Shown here in pieces: positions 35,305 to 45,376 of a stretch of DNA of 64,000 nucleotides (position 1 is the stretch's first letter; each line of letters starts with the position of its first letter). The notes beneath the pieces are model-generated. The model worked only from the letters and a program-made list of their open reading frames with translations. It made no database searches and had not been told where the DNA came from. A program made the translations under genes and the position numbers. Source of the stretch: Candidatus Acidiferrales bacterium (GTDB lineage Bacteria > Acidobacteriota > Terriglobia > Acidiferrales > UBA7541); contig JBOGNJ010000190.1 of NCBI GenBank assembly GCA_050746905.1, forward strand, positions 8,409 through 72,408, written 5' to 3'.

Positions 35305-38300
35305 CTATTTCTTGACTGACGCCTTTGCTGGCGCGGCCGACGGGGTGAAAGTGCAGGGCGGATCCGCCAGCGCCGTGGGAGACACCCGCAGCGAATTCAG
35401 ATGGTTCTTGCCGAGAAGAGCATCGAAGCCAACCAGATCCTGCGACTGCATTTTTTTCCATGCCGCCACGGTAGCGTTGTACTCCTTGCAGTCGGCTACC
35501 CAGGTATCAATCTGGGCCTGCGTCGGCGCTTCATCCAGCCCGACCTGCGACGTGCTGACAATGGCATTGAAGCTGCCGTTCAGGGTATTGAAGGGCACGA
35601 GCGCGCCTGGAGTGGGCGCGCCGCGACGGCGGCCTCCACCAACGAAGGCCCCAGTGCGGTCGGCGGAGACACCGCCAAATGCGGCGAGTTTGGCGCCAAT
35701 ATTCTTTTTCGCCTCGGCCACATCGGCGGGAAGCTGATTGGCGCTTAACGATGCCACCTGCCGGCGTAGGGCCAACACTTCCGAGTTGCCGGCATCGGAG
35801 TCCTTAGACCTCTGGTACGCCAACAAGATGAGCTTGTTCTTGGCGCGCAGCTCGGCAATGACCCTGGCGCTCTCGCCGACGCGCGGATCGTTGTGAACGG
35901 TGAGCCTCTGGGTGTAAGTCTTTCCATCCACGATGAGCTTCAGCGTGTAGACGCCGGGGATGACTTGCGGTCCGTGGGGACCAGGGGTGACAAATCCGCC
36001 CGGCGCCACGTTCATCTGATTTTCAAGGTCCAGGTTGAACGCCGGCGGATCGTCGTAACGCAAGTCCCAATTGGCGCGGTTGGTGCCCGCTTTGGTCGGC
36101 AAGGCCAGTTCGGAACCCTTCGCGACCCAATATTCGGGATAGGGCCAGCGCTTGGGAAGCACGGGCGGAATGCTCGACATGGTGCGGACGAGTTTGCCCT
36201 CTGCATCGAAGACCTGCAGTTTTATTTCGCCCGAGGGCGGGCCACTCAGGTGGTAGTAGAGGATCGCGCCATAGGGCGGGTTAGGCGCGTGCGGCAACTC
36301 GGGATTGAAGGGCTGGTCCCAGTTATCGCTTATGCGCGCGCGTATGGCATTACCGGGCTTGAAAAAATAGACCGGCGCGGCCGCAATCGCCTGCGACTTG
36401 ACGGCGATCTCGCGCAGAGGAGTGGTGTCATCGAGAACGTAGATGCCGCGGCCGTAGGTTCCGATCACGAGATCGCTCATGCGATCGTCGGTGTGAAAGA
36501 CCATGTCGCGAATGGAGGTGCTGGGCAGATTCTGGCGCAGCGATTGCCAATGGTCGCCGTCATCGAACGACACGTAGACGGTGGTCTCCGTGCCGGCGAA
36601 GAGCAAGCCCTTTTGTTTGGGATCCTCGCGGATCACGTTGACCCAGCTTCCGGTCGGCTCGTCGCTGGGCAATCCGTTGACGATTTTGCTCCAGGTCTTG
36701 CCGCCGTCGTGCGTGCGCCATATCAACGGGATGTTGGCACCCGGGCCGGTGCGTGCGGAACCTTCCTGTCGGCCGGAGACGTAGGCAGTGTTGATGTCAG
36801 TATGTCCCGCTTCAATGGTGTTGAAGGTGACGTCAGCGTCTTCGGGAATGTTGCTCACATTGTTCCAGTGCGCGCCATTATCCATCGTGTTGTAAATCTG
36901 TCTATCGCTGCTCACCGTCCAAAACACGCCCTTGCGAACGGTGGAGATGGCAAAGTCGCTGATTGAGGGCGGGGGTGGGGTGGCGCTGCGTCCGCCGACA
37001 GGTGCTGCGGCAGGTGATGCCGCCTCGGGTGCTTCCGGCGTGCCGCACGGAACCTGCGGCTTGGCCTTCTCGGTAGTGAGGTCCGGGCTGAAGACCCTCC
37101 AGGAATGTGCCTGATCGCGCGACACCATCAGACACTGCATGTCGGTGTAGATTGCATGCGGATCGAACGGATCGACTCTTCGCCAGGCATCGCGGCTCGA
37201 ATGATACTTTGTCGCATCCGCCCCAAAATTTGGCGCGACGTTCTCCCATTGACCGGCGGCCAGGTCGATCTTCACCAGACCGCTGCCACCCCCGGCAGCG
37301 CCGTAACCAACGCCATAGATGATATTGGGATCAAGCGGATCGGCTGTGAGCGTGCCGAATTCGGAAGAAGGCACCGGCATCCAATCGACTTCCGAAATCA
37401 TGCCGACGTCGCCGCGGGTGCGGGTCATGACCGCGCCCGTATCCTGCTGCGAGGCCATGACCCAGTAGGGATACCGATTGTCGGTGGAGATGTGATACAG
37501 CTGAGCGACCGGCAATGCGTAATAGCTGCTCCAGGAAAGCCCTCCGTCAAAAGTAATGGTCGCGCCCTGGTCAACTCCAAAGAGCATCCGCTTGCTGTCG
37601 GTGGGATCAATCCAAATGTCGTGCATGTCTTCGCCGCCCGGAGCGCCTTTGAAGGGGATGAAAGTCTCGCCGCCATCGGTTGACTTGTAGCCGGCCGTGC
37701 TCAGAGTGTAGAGGACGTCCGGATTCTGCGTATCCACCCAGACGCCGCAGATGTAATCCCTGCCGGAGATGCGCCGATCGTCGGCAGCCATGTGCTTCCA
37801 CGTGGCACCCTGATCGTCGGAGCGGAAAAGTCCGGAGGCATTCTGCTGAGCGGCGCCTATCAGATAAATGCGCTGCCCTTTGGTGTGCATGGCCACAGCC
37901 ACGGCAATGCGGCCAGTGGTAAGCGGGCTGGAAGTGACCTCGGTCCAGGTCTTGCCTTCGTCTAGGGACTTGTACAGTTTGGTGTGGCTAGGTTCGCCGG
38001 TACCCGGAGCCGCGCTGCCGCCGCGTGCAGGGGGGACCCCGTTGTCCGTCTCCGTGGTTGCAAATATTACGTCGGGGTCGTCAAAGGGCGAAGAGAGATC
38101 GCGGCCACCGGTTTCATTGTCAGGATGCAAAACGTTGGTCCAGGTCTGGCCGCCGTTGTCCGTGCGGAAAATGCCGCGTTGCGTGCCAGTGGCGCCGCCC
38201 ATGGCAACGACAATCACAATATTGGGATCCTTGGGATCGACAATGATCTTCGGGATCTTGAGGGTGCCTTCCAGCCCAATGTGGGTCCAAGTTTTGCCAG

Positions 38301-38709
38301 CATCGGTAGACTTGTACATGCCGTTACCGTCGCTGCCCGTGGCGTAGTTCGACACCGCGTCCCCGCTGCCCGCGTAAATAATGTTGGCGTTCGAGGGCGC
38401 AACCTGGATGGCGCCGATGCTATCGACCTCGGTCACCTGGTCGAATACCGGATACCAGGTCATACCGCCGCTGGTCGTTTTCCATATCCCGCCTTGCGGC
38501 AGGCCGACATAAAAAGTGCCGGGTTCGCCGATCACGCCGGTGACAGACGCGATGCGCCCGCCATGATACGGGCCGACGTTGCGCCATCGCAAACCGGAAA
38601 ACAAGTCCGGGCTGACCTGCGCCGACGCGCCGAGTGCGAAGACCGCGAAGCCGAGCGCGACAGCCAGAGATATCCAAAGGCGATTAGAGCACCGGGTGAT
38701 CTGACCCAT
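35305..38709 (-). CDS. Exported BNR/Asp-box repeat protein (sortilin/Vps10- or GH74-like double propeller) with extra C-terminal domains
   Basis: About 10 Asp-boxes (STDAGKTW, TDNGGQTW, SLDEGKTW, SDDQGATW, STDGGETF, TFDGGLSW, THDGGKTW, SFDDGDHW ...). The ATG at 38709 follows GGGGGA and gives the signal peptide LWISLAVALGFAVFALGASAQ. Confidence 0.85.
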   Translation of the reverse strand: MGQITRCSNRLWISLAVALGFAVFALGASAQVSPDLFSGLRWRNVGPYHGGRIASVTGVIGEPGTFYVGLPQGGIWKTTSGGMTWYPVFDQVTEVDSIGAIQVAPSNANIIYAGSGDAVSNYATGSDGNGMYKSTDAGKTWTHIGLEGTLKIPKIIVDPKDPNIVIVVAMGGATGTQRGIFRTDNGGQTWTNVLHPDNETGGRDLSSPFDDPDVIFATTETDNGVPPARGGSAAPGTGEPSHTKLYKSLDEGKTWTEVTSSPLTTGRIAVAVAMHTKGQRIYLIGAAQQNASGLFRSDDQGATWKHMAADDRRISGRDYICGVWVDTQNPDVLYTLSTAGYKSTDGGETFIPFKGAPGGEDMHDIWIDPTDSKRMLFGVDQGATITFDGGLSWSSYYALPVAQLYHISTDNRYPYWVMASQQDTGAVMTRTRGDVGMISEVDWMPVPSSEFGTLTADPLDPNIIYGVGYGAAGGGSGLVKIDLAAGQWENVAPNFGADATKYHSSRDAWRRVDPFDPHAIYTDMQCLMVSRDQAHSWRVFSPDLTTEKAKPQVPCGTPEAPEAASPAAAPVGGRSATPPPPSISDFAISTVRKGVFWTVSSDRQIYNTMDNGAHWNNVSNIPEDADVTFNTIEAGHTDINTAYVSGRQEGSARTGPGANIPLIWRTHDGGKTWSKIVNGLPSDEPTGSWVNVIREDPKQKGLLFAGTETTVYVSFDDGDHWQSLRQNLPSTSIRDMVFHTDDRMSDLVIGTYGRGIYVLDDTTPLREIAVKSQAIAAAPVYFFKPGNAIRARISDNWDQPFNPELPHAPNPPYGAILYYHLSGPPSGEIKLQVFDAEGKLVRTMSSIPPVLPKRWPYPEYWVAKGSELALPTKAGTNRANWDLRYDDPPAFNLDLENQMNVAPGGFVTPGPHGPQVIPGVYTLKLIVDGKTYTQRLTVHNDPRVGESARVIAELRAKNKLILLAYQRSKDSDAGNSEVLALRRQVASLSANQLPADVAEAKKNIGAKLAAFGGVSADRTGAFVGGGRRRGAPTPGALVPFNTLNGSFNAIVSTSQVGLDEAPTQAQIDTWVADCKEYNATVAAWKKMQSQDLVGFDALLGKNHLNSLRVSPTALADPPCTFTPSAAPAKASVKK

Positions 38710-38867
38710 TGTGTATCCCCCAACGGAAACCTTTTGAGCCGGTCCGCGCCCGCCACTATACATCAAGCGGCTGTCCCTACCAATTACTCCATCGAGCATG
38801 AAATGACGGCAAGAATCGTCTCGGGTCGATACCAAAACCGAAGTTGCTACCCGGCGGTTCCCATTCC

Positions 38868-38897
38868 TTGACGGTTTGCGAAGGCGCTCGCTATACT
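38868..38897 (+). promoter_or_regulatory. Sigma-70-type promoter candidate for lysS
   Basis: TTGACG (38868-38873), 18-nt spacer, TATACT (38892-38897), about 20 nt upstream of the lysS ATG. Confidence 0.45.
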
Positions 38898-38916
38898 GCG
38901 CACGGCTCACCGAGAA

Positions 38917-40494
38917 ATGGAGTGCTGCTTGGAATTCGAACCGCGCGACCAGCTTCTACAACGCCAGAAAAAACTGGAACAGATAGCAAGTTTGGGTTTC
39001 GATCCCTTTCCGCATAAATTCGATTGGAAGGAAACACCGCCGGAGATCGTCGCGGCGCACGGCGAGAAGAGCGCGGCGGAGCTTCAGGAAGCCAAGGTGA
39101 ACGTGACGGCTGCAGGGCGCATTCTCACGATTCGCCTGCACGGCAAAGCCGGCTTCGCGCACATTCAGGGTCAAGGGCAGAAGCTGCAGATTTACGTCAA
39201 GCTGGACGCGGTTGGCCCCGAGGCGTTTCAACTTTTTCAGTTGCTCGATATGGGTGACGTCATCGGCGTCTCCGGGCACTTGTTTCGGACCAAAACGAAT
39301 GAGCTGACGGTGTGGGTCGAAAAACTTACTTTGTTAACGAAGGCGCTTCTGCCGCTGCCGGAAAAATGGCATGGATTGGCCGATGTGGAGATGCGCTACC
39401 GGCGCCGCTACCTGGACCTGATCGTCAACGAGCGCGCGCGCGAAATCTTTCTGCGGCGCGCGGCCGTTATTCGCCACATTCGCGACTTCTTCGATGCGCG
39501 CGGCTATCTGGAAGTCGAAACGCCGATGATGCACCCGATTCTGGGAGGAGCGACGGCGCGTCCTTTTATCACTCACCACAACACTTTCGATGTGGATTTT
39601 TACATGCGCATCGCGCCGGAGCTTTATCTGAAGCGCCTGATCGTGGGAGGAATTGACCGCGTCTACGAAATTAACCGCAATTTTCGCAATGAAGGCGTGG
39701 ACGCCATCCATACTCCGGAATTCACGATGCTCGAATTTTACGAGGCGTACAGCGATTACCGCGACCTGATGAAATTGACGGAGGAGCTATTCGTTGGTCT
39801 TGTCAAAGCTGTTTCGGGCGGCACAAGAATAAAATATGGCGAGCGCGAACTCGATTTCAGCCATTTTGAAGCGTTGTCCATGAGGGAATCGATCGGCAAA
39901 TTCTGGCCCGCCGCGGCGGGCAACGCGCCGTCCGTCGATGAACTGGGCACATCGCAAGGCCCACGCAGCATCGCCGAACGCTACAATCATTTTGCCCGTG
40001 GCGAGAGGCTGGATTTAATTCGCGACCCCGAAAAGTCTTCCGCGGGAGAATTGACTGGAGCGCTTTTTGAGGCGGTCGCCGAAGCGCATCTGATTCAGCC
40101 TACCTTTATTTATGATTTTCCCACGGATATTTCTCCGCTTTCGAAATGCCGAAAAGATGACCCGTCGCTGACGGAGCGCTTCGAGTTGTTCATCGACGGC
40201 ATGGAACTGGGCAATGGCTTCTCCGAACTCAACGATCCGGCGGACCAGGAGCGCCGTTTTCGCGCGCAGGTCGAAACCGGCGGCGCGGAAGTGCCGAAGG
40301 AAGTGGACTGGGACTACATTCGCGCGCTGGCCCACGGCATGCCGCCCACGGCAGGGGAAGGCGTCGGCATCGACCGCCTGATTATGCTGCTGACGGACTC
40401 GCGTTCGATTCGGGAGGTCATCCTGTTTCCGACGCTTCGTCCTCAAAAGGATTCTGACACTGACGCCGCAGCGGCGAATGAAGAGCCGAAATGA
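38917..40494 (+). CDS. lysS: Lysine--tRNA ligase (class II)
   Basis: OB-fold N-domain (VTAAGRILTIRLHGKAGFAHIQ); class II motifs YLEVETPMMH, FRNEG, GGMELGNGFSELNDP, GVGIDRLIMLL. Confidence 0.95.
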   Translation: MECCLEFEPRDQLLQRQKKLEQIASLGFDPFPHKFDWKETPPEIVAAHGEKSAAELQEAKVNVTAAGRILTIRLHGKAGFAHIQGQGQKLQIYVKLDAVGPEAFQLFQLLDMGDVIGVSGHLFRTKTNELTVWVEKLTLLTKALLPLPEKWHGLADVEMRYRRRYLDLIVNERAREIFLRRAAVIRHIRDFFDARGYLEVETPMMHPILGGATARPFITHHNTFDVDFYMRIAPELYLKRLIVGGIDRVYEINRNFRNEGVDAIHTPEFTMLEFYEAYSDYRDLMKLTEELFVGLVKAVSGGTRIKYGERELDFSHFEALSMRESIGKFWPAAAGNAPSVDELGTSQGPRSIAERYNHFARGERLDLIRDPEKSSAGELTGALFEAVAEAHLIQPTFIYDFPTDISPLSKCRKDDPSLTERFELFIDGMELGNGFSELNDPADQERRFRAQVETGGAEVPKEVDWDYIRALAHGMPPTAGEGVGIDRLIMLLTDSRSIREVILFPTLRPQKDSDTDAAAANEEPK

Positions 40495-41717
40495 GTTTCG
40501 AATGGATGGTCGCGCGGCGTTATCTGCGGTCCAAAAACAAGCCGCCGGTGCTGAGACTCGTGACTTTTCTTTCGATTGCGGGCGTCGCAGCAGGCGTCGC
40601 CACGCTGGTCATCGCGCTGGCGATGAACACAGGCTCCAGGCTGGCGATTCGTAATCGTTTGCTGGGCGTGACGGCTCACATCAACATCAAGCCGAACGGC
40701 ACGCAGGGAATTCGAGATTATCGCAGCCTAACGACTCGCCTTGCCGCCACGCCGGGCGTGCAATCCATTACTCCCGCCGTTTACAACCAAGTGCTTTTGT
40801 CCGCGGGTAACCAAACAGAAGGCGTCGTTCTGAAGGGAATCGACCCGCATCTTGAAAAACGTTGGGACTCAGCGCTTGGTCACCTGGTGGACGGCAATGA
40901 TAATTTCACGCCCGATTCCAGCGGCATCCCCGCGATTCTTGTCGGCAATATCCTCGCGGATAATTTGAAGGTCAAAGCAGGGGATTACGTCACGGTCCTG
41001 AGCCCGCAGGGAAGCCTGACGCCTTTCGGCATGCTGCCGCGCTCACGGCGATTTCGGATTACGGGAATTTACGATTCCGGTTTTTACGATTACGACGCCA
41101 ATTGGGCTTTCATTACGCTGCAGGATGCGCAGGAACTCGCCGGGATCGGCGACGTTGTAAGTCTCCTCGAAGTTCGCGTGGACAATCTTGATGACGCAGG
41201 GGGAATTGCCACGGTGCTGATGCGCGAGGCAGGCGCCGGCTATCACACGACTACGTGGATGGAAGAGAATCAAGCGCTCTTTCGCGCGATGAGCCTGGAA
41301 AAACTGGTCACCGCCATTTTCATTGGCCTGATCACGTTCGTTGCCGGATTGAATGTGCTGGTGGTGCTGGCGATGACGGTCACGGATAAAGCGCACGATA
41401 TTGCCGTGCTGATGGCTTTGGGAGCGCGACGCATTCAGGTTCGCAATATATTTGTCTTGCAGGGCCTGCTGGTCGGTGTCTCCGGCACGGCGATCGGCCT
41501 CGCTGTCGGATATTCGCTCTCCTGGATCGCCAATCGTTGGAAATTAGTGCCGCTGAATCCCGAAATTTATTCGATTCCGTACGTCCCGTTTCATTCGAGC
41601 GGCTGGGATGCCATTTGGATCGCCGCCGCGGCGCTGGCCATCTGTGTCGCCGCGACAATTTACCCTGCTCGCGCCGCCGCCAGCACGCTGCCGGTTGAAA
41701 TTTTGCGCGCGGAGTAA
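40491..41717 (+). CDS. lolE: Lipoprotein-releasing system permease, LolC/LolE family (FtsX-like)
   Basis: FEWMVARRYLRSK start, 4 TMs with a large periplasmic loop. The start overlaps the lysS stop (ATGA). Confidence 0.85.
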   Translation: MSFEWMVARRYLRSKNKPPVLRLVTFLSIAGVAAGVATLVIALAMNTGSRLAIRNRLLGVTAHINIKPNGTQGIRDYRSLTTRLAATPGVQSITPAVYNQVLLSAGNQTEGVVLKGIDPHLEKRWDSALGHLVDGNDNFTPDSSGIPAILVGNILADNLKVKAGDYVTVLSPQGSLTPFGMLPRSRRFRITGIYDSGFYDYDANWAFITLQDAQELAGIGDVVSLLEVRVDNLDDAGGIATVLMREAGAGYHTTTWMEENQALFRAMSLEKLVTAIFIGLITFVAGLNVLVVLAMTVTDKAHDIAVLMALGARRIQVRNIFVLQGLLVGVSGTAIGLAVGYSLSWIANRWKLVPLNPEIYSIPYVPFHSSGWDAIWIAAAALAICVAATIYPARAAASTLPVEILRAE

Positions 41718-41816
41718 GTCACGCAGGGCGGTTTCCCAGAACTAAAGTCCCATGACTCTGAACAGTTGATGCACGCACAAATGTGCGCGCGTAAACACGG
41801 GCGCTGAAACGCAACG

Positions 41817-41879
41817 TGCTACAATAGAAGTGTGTACGGTGCATTTCAGCGGTATATTTCCGGCAGACCGGAAGTTTTG
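41817..41879 (+). promoter_or_regulatory. Extended -10 promoter candidate followed by a short terminator-like hairpin inside the lolE-lolD spacer
   Basis: TGcTACAAT at 41817-41825; TTCCGG-caga-CCGGAA at 41858-41873, followed by GTTTTG. Confidence 0.3.
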
Positions 41880-42022
41880 CACTCATAATGTGCAAGAACT
41901 TGGAGCTACGAAGGCAAGCCGAAAGCGACTTTTGGATAAGCCGCAGAATCCAAAGAGATAAGTAGAGCTGAGTTCGGCATGGGAAGTGACAGGGGATTAC
42001 AGGAGTTTAAGTAGCTCCCGAG

Positions 42023-42868
42023 ATGGAGCGTGACGAAACCATAGTGATGACGAGCCCAGTCGCAACTTCGAGCCGAACAATAGCAGAGCAGATGGGCTGT
42101 GCGCCTGTGCACAACGACTCCGCGGAGCTGCTGCGAGTGGAGGGTCTGCGGAAGACATTCCATTCTGGAACAGTCGAAGTTATCGCTCTCTCCGGTGTGA
42201 GCTTCGGGGTCGCGTCCGGGGAAATGGTGGCTCTGGTTGGCCCGTCGGGTTCTGGGAAAAGCACATTACTGCATATCCTGGCCGCGCTGGACACGCCAAC
42301 AAGCGGTACAGTATACTTCGGCGGAAATTCGCTGGGGGCGTTTGCGGAGCGCGAGTTGGAGGACTTCCGCAGCCGGACAGTGGGTTTTATCTGGCAGAGA
42401 CATCAGCTGCTGGCCGATTTCACCGCCGTCGAAAATGTAGCCATGCCGCTGTTGATTCAGGGAAAGGCAGCGAGCGCGGCGCTCGATACGGCGCGCAGGT
42501 GGCTGGGTGAAGTTGGCCTCTCGGAGCGGATGCAACATCGAGCGGGCGAGCTCTCTGGTGGGGAACAGCAGCGGGTCGCGATTGCCCGGGCCCTGGTGAC
42601 TGAGCCGAAGTTGTTGCTGGCCGATGAACCGACGGGCGATCTGGACGAGGAAAATACGGAGTCGATCTTCGAACTCATGCAGAGCTTACACCGGTCCCAT
42701 CATCTGACTTCTATTCTGGCAACCCATAATCTTTCCTTGGCGCAACGCGCGGGTCGCGTGATGCGTCTGGAGCACGGTTTGTTGATGTTAGATGATGGAT
42801 CTGTTGCGCGTCCCGCCGGATGTCGTGGCGCGTCGGGGAATTCTTCTACCCTGGGAGGGCTTGGGTGA
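42023..42868 (+). CDS. lolD: Lipoprotein-releasing system ATP-binding protein LolD (ABC ATPase)
   Basis: [11 protein letters not shown]..., Walker [12 protein letters not shown], signature [15 protein letters not shown], Walker [13 protein letters not shown]. Start uncertain (42023, 42047 or 42092). Confidence 0.85.
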   Translation: MERDETIVMTSPVATSSRTIAEQMGCAPVHNDSAELLRVEGLRKTFHSGTVEVIALSGVSFGVASGEMVALVGPSGSGKSTLLHILAALDTPTSGTVYFGGNSLGAFAERELEDFRSRTVGFIWQRHQLLADFTAVENVAMPLLIQGKAASAALDTARRWLGEVGLSERMQHRAGELSGGEQQRVAIARALVTEPKLLLADEPTGDLDEENTESIFELMQSLHRSHHLTSILATHNLSLAQRAGRVMRLEHGLLMLDDGSVARPAGCRGASGNSSTLGGLG

Positions 42869-42871
42869 CCT

Positions 42872-45298
42872 GTGTTTGAACGTTATACAGAGAAGGCTCG
42901 ACGCGTGATTTTTTTCGCGCGATATGAGGCCAGCCAGTACGGCAGTCCCTATATCGAGACCGAACATTTGCTACTGGGCCTGTTGCGGGAAGACAAGGCG
43001 CTGGCCAATCGTTTTCTGCGAGCGCACGGCACGATCGAATCCATACGCAAGGAAATCGAATCGCGCATCACGGTGCGCGAGCGGATTTCGACCTCGGTCG
43101 AGGTTCCCCTCAGCCAGGAGTGCCGCCGCATCCTGAATTACGCGGCGGAGGAAGCGGAACGTTTGAATCACAAACATGTGGGAACCGAACATCTGCTGTT
43201 AGGAATTCTGCGTGAAGAGAAATCGTTCGGCGCGGAGATTTTGCAAGAGCGGGGATTGCGTCTTTCAGGGGTGCGCGAGGAGCTTGCGCGCACGGCGGGT
43301 GAAAAAGTGCCTGTAAATCGACCGAAAGAAACTTCATTGCTTGCAGAATTCAGCCGGGACCTCACTCAGGCCGCCATGGACGGCACGCTGGATCCGTTGG
43401 TGGGCCGCGACCGTGAGCTTGAGAGGGCCATTCAAATTCTTTGCCGCCGCACGAAGAACAACCCTGTGCTGATCGGGGAGCCGGGCGTCGGCAAGACGGC
43501 CATCGTCGAGGGCCTGGCGCAGCGCATTGCCGATGGGGACGTGCCGCCGTTTCTCGCCGACAAACGCATACTCTCGCTGGATCTTTCCTTGATTGTTGCG
43601 GGCACGAAATACCGCGGCCAGTTTGAAGAACGCTTGAAGACGATCATGAAAGAGCTGATGGAGAGCCAGAACGCGATCGTTTTCATTGACGAGTTGCACA
43701 CGCTGGTTGGTGCAGGCTCGGCCGAGGGTTCGCTCGACGCGGCAAACATTCTGAAGCCTGCACTGAGCCGCGGCGAGATTCAATGTATCGGCGCGACCAC
43801 GCCGGGGGAATATCGCAAGTCCGTCGAGAAAGATCGTTCGCTCGAGCGCCGCTTCCAGTCCGTGAAAGTTTCCGCTCCTAACGAGGAAGAGGCAATCCGC
43901 GTTCTCCAGGGCGTGCGGGACCGTTACGAAAAATTCCACGCCGTTTCCTACACCGACGAAGCAATCCAGTACGCCGTCTACCTTTCGAACCGTTATATTC
44001 CAGACCGCTTCCTTCCGGATAAGGCGATCGATTTGATTGACGAGTCGGGCGCACGCGTCAAGTTGCGCCAGGCGATGCTGCCTGAGGAAGTCTCCGAAGC
44101 ACAGAAGCGGGTAAAGTTCATCACGCACCGCATGGAAACGGCCATCGCCAACCACGAATTCGAGAAGGCGCGTTTCTATTCCGAAGAGGAACGCAAGGAA
44201 AAAGAGAATCTGCGCGCCCTTCGCGAAAAATTGAAGATAGACGATTCATCCACAGGCACGGTCACGCGCGATGATATCGAAGAGGTAGTGGCGCGCTGGA
44301 CTGGCGTGGCTGTTAACGCGATTAAGGAAGATGAGCAGCAGAAGTTGCTGCGCATTGAAGACGAGCTGCACAAACGTGTTATCAGCCAGGATAAGGCCAT
44401 TACGGCTCTCGCACGCGCTATTCGCCGCAGCCGCGCGGGACTCAAAGCTCCCGGCCGGCCCGTCGGCTGCTTCCTTTTCCTCGGTCCAACCGGAGTCGGA
44501 AAGACGGAAGTTGCGCGGCGGCTTGCGGAATTTTTGTTCGGCACGGAAAAATCGCTGGTACGCTTCGACATGTCCGAATACATGGAAAAGCATTCGGTAT
44601 CGAAGCTGATCGGCGCGCCTCCGGGATATATCGGCTACGAAGAGGGCGGACAATTGACGGAACGCGTTCGCCGCACTCCCTATTCGATTATTCTGCTCGA
44701 TGAAATCGAGAAGGCGCATCCGGACGTCTACAACATTCTGTTGCAGGTGTTTGAGGATGGCCAGCTGACCGACGGACTCGGCAATACGGTGGATTTCCGC
44801 AACACGATCATCATTATGACCTCGAACATCGGAGCCCGCGCTCTGCAAAAGCAGGCGACGTTGGGCTTCCAGTCAGGCTTGGGAGATACGCATGCGAAGA
44901 GTCTGGACGACATCGTGATGACCGAGGTCAAGCGGGTGTTCAATCCGGAATTCTTGAACCGGCTGGACGAAGTGATTTTGTTCAACGCGCTCACGGACGA
45001 TGATTTGTCGCGCATCATTGACTTGCTGGTGAGCCAGATTAACGACACGCTGGTCCATCGCCAGGTACAAATTCAAATGACGCCCGAGGCGCGCCAGTGG
45101 ATTCTGGAGAAGACCTGCACCGATCGCAATTACGGCGCGCGTCCGTTACGCCGCGCTCTTCAAAAGTACGTCGAGGATCCGCTCTCGGAGGCGTTGATCC
45201 AAGGCGGGCTCCAACGCCCGGCAATCATTGAGATTTATCTCACCACTGATGGCTTGGGCTTCCGTCCGGTAGTGGAAGCAACCCCAGTAGCTCACTAA
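42872..45298 (+). CDS. clpC: ATP-dependent Clp protease ATP-binding subunit ClpC (class I AAA+)
   Basis: Two Clp_N repeats ([13 protein letters not shown] / [13 protein letters not shown]), a UVR-like linker, two AAA modules ([15 protein letters not shown]; [15 protein letters not shown]). GTG start 3 nt after the lolD stop. Confidence 0.9.
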   Translation: MFERYTEKARRVIFFARYEASQYGSPYIETEHLLLGLLREDKALANRFLRAHGTIESIRKEIESRITVRERISTSVEVPLSQECRRILNYAAEEAERLNHKHVGTEHLLLGILREEKSFGAEILQERGLRLSGVREELARTAGEKVPVNRPKETSLLAEFSRDLTQAAMDGTLDPLVGRDRELERAIQILCRRTKNNPVLIGEPGVGKTAIVEGLAQRIADGDVPPFLADKRILSLDLSLIVAGTKYRGQFEERLKTIMKELMESQNAIVFIDELHTLVGAGSAEGSLDAANILKPALSRGEIQCIGATTPGEYRKSVEKDRSLERRFQSVKVSAPNEEEAIRVLQGVRDRYEKFHAVSYTDEAIQYAVYLSNRYIPDRFLPDKAIDLIDESGARVKLRQAMLPEEVSEAQKRVKFITHRMETAIANHEFEKARFYSEEERKEKENLRALREKLKIDDSSTGTVTRDDIEEVVARWTGVAVNAIKEDEQQKLLRIEDELHKRVISQDKAITALARAIRRSRAGLKAPGRPVGCFLFLGPTGVGKTEVARRLAEFLFGTEKSLVRFDMSEYMEKHSVSKLIGAPPGYIGYEEGGQLTERVRRTPYSIILLDEIEKAHPDVYNILLQVFEDGQLTDGLGNTVDFRNTIIIMTSNIGARALQKQATLGFQSGLGDTHAKSLDDIVMTEVKRVFNPEFLNRLDEVILFNALTDDDLSRIIDLLVSQINDTLVHRQVQIQMTPEARQWILEKTCTDRNYGARPLRRALQKYVEDPLSEALIQGGLQRPAIIEIYLTTDGLGFRPVVEATPVAH

Positions 45299-45376
45299 GG
45301 AATCCTACACGCGCATGCCAGCCGTGGGGACGGTCTGGCAGGGGGAGTACAAAACATTGGAAGGCGGAGCGCGGCT

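Noticed and set aside
35893-36966. 357-aa plus-strand ORF, with other long plus-strand ORFs at 37105-38871
   Set aside because: They are antisense to the BNR-repeat gene, whose Asp-boxes confirm the minus-strand frame.
38710-38910. 67-codon upstream extension of the BNR protein ORF
   Set aside because: The internal ATG at 38709 has a GGGGGA RBS and yields a proper signal peptide. The extension would also overlap the divergent lysS promoter region.
41902-42018. Possible riboswitch or known ncRNA enclosed by the 8-bp GGAGCTAC/GTAGCTCC helix
   Set aside because: I could not match the internal sequence to any riboswitch, SRP, 6S, tmRNA or RNase P consensus I know. It is kept only as an unexplained structured spacer in the findings.
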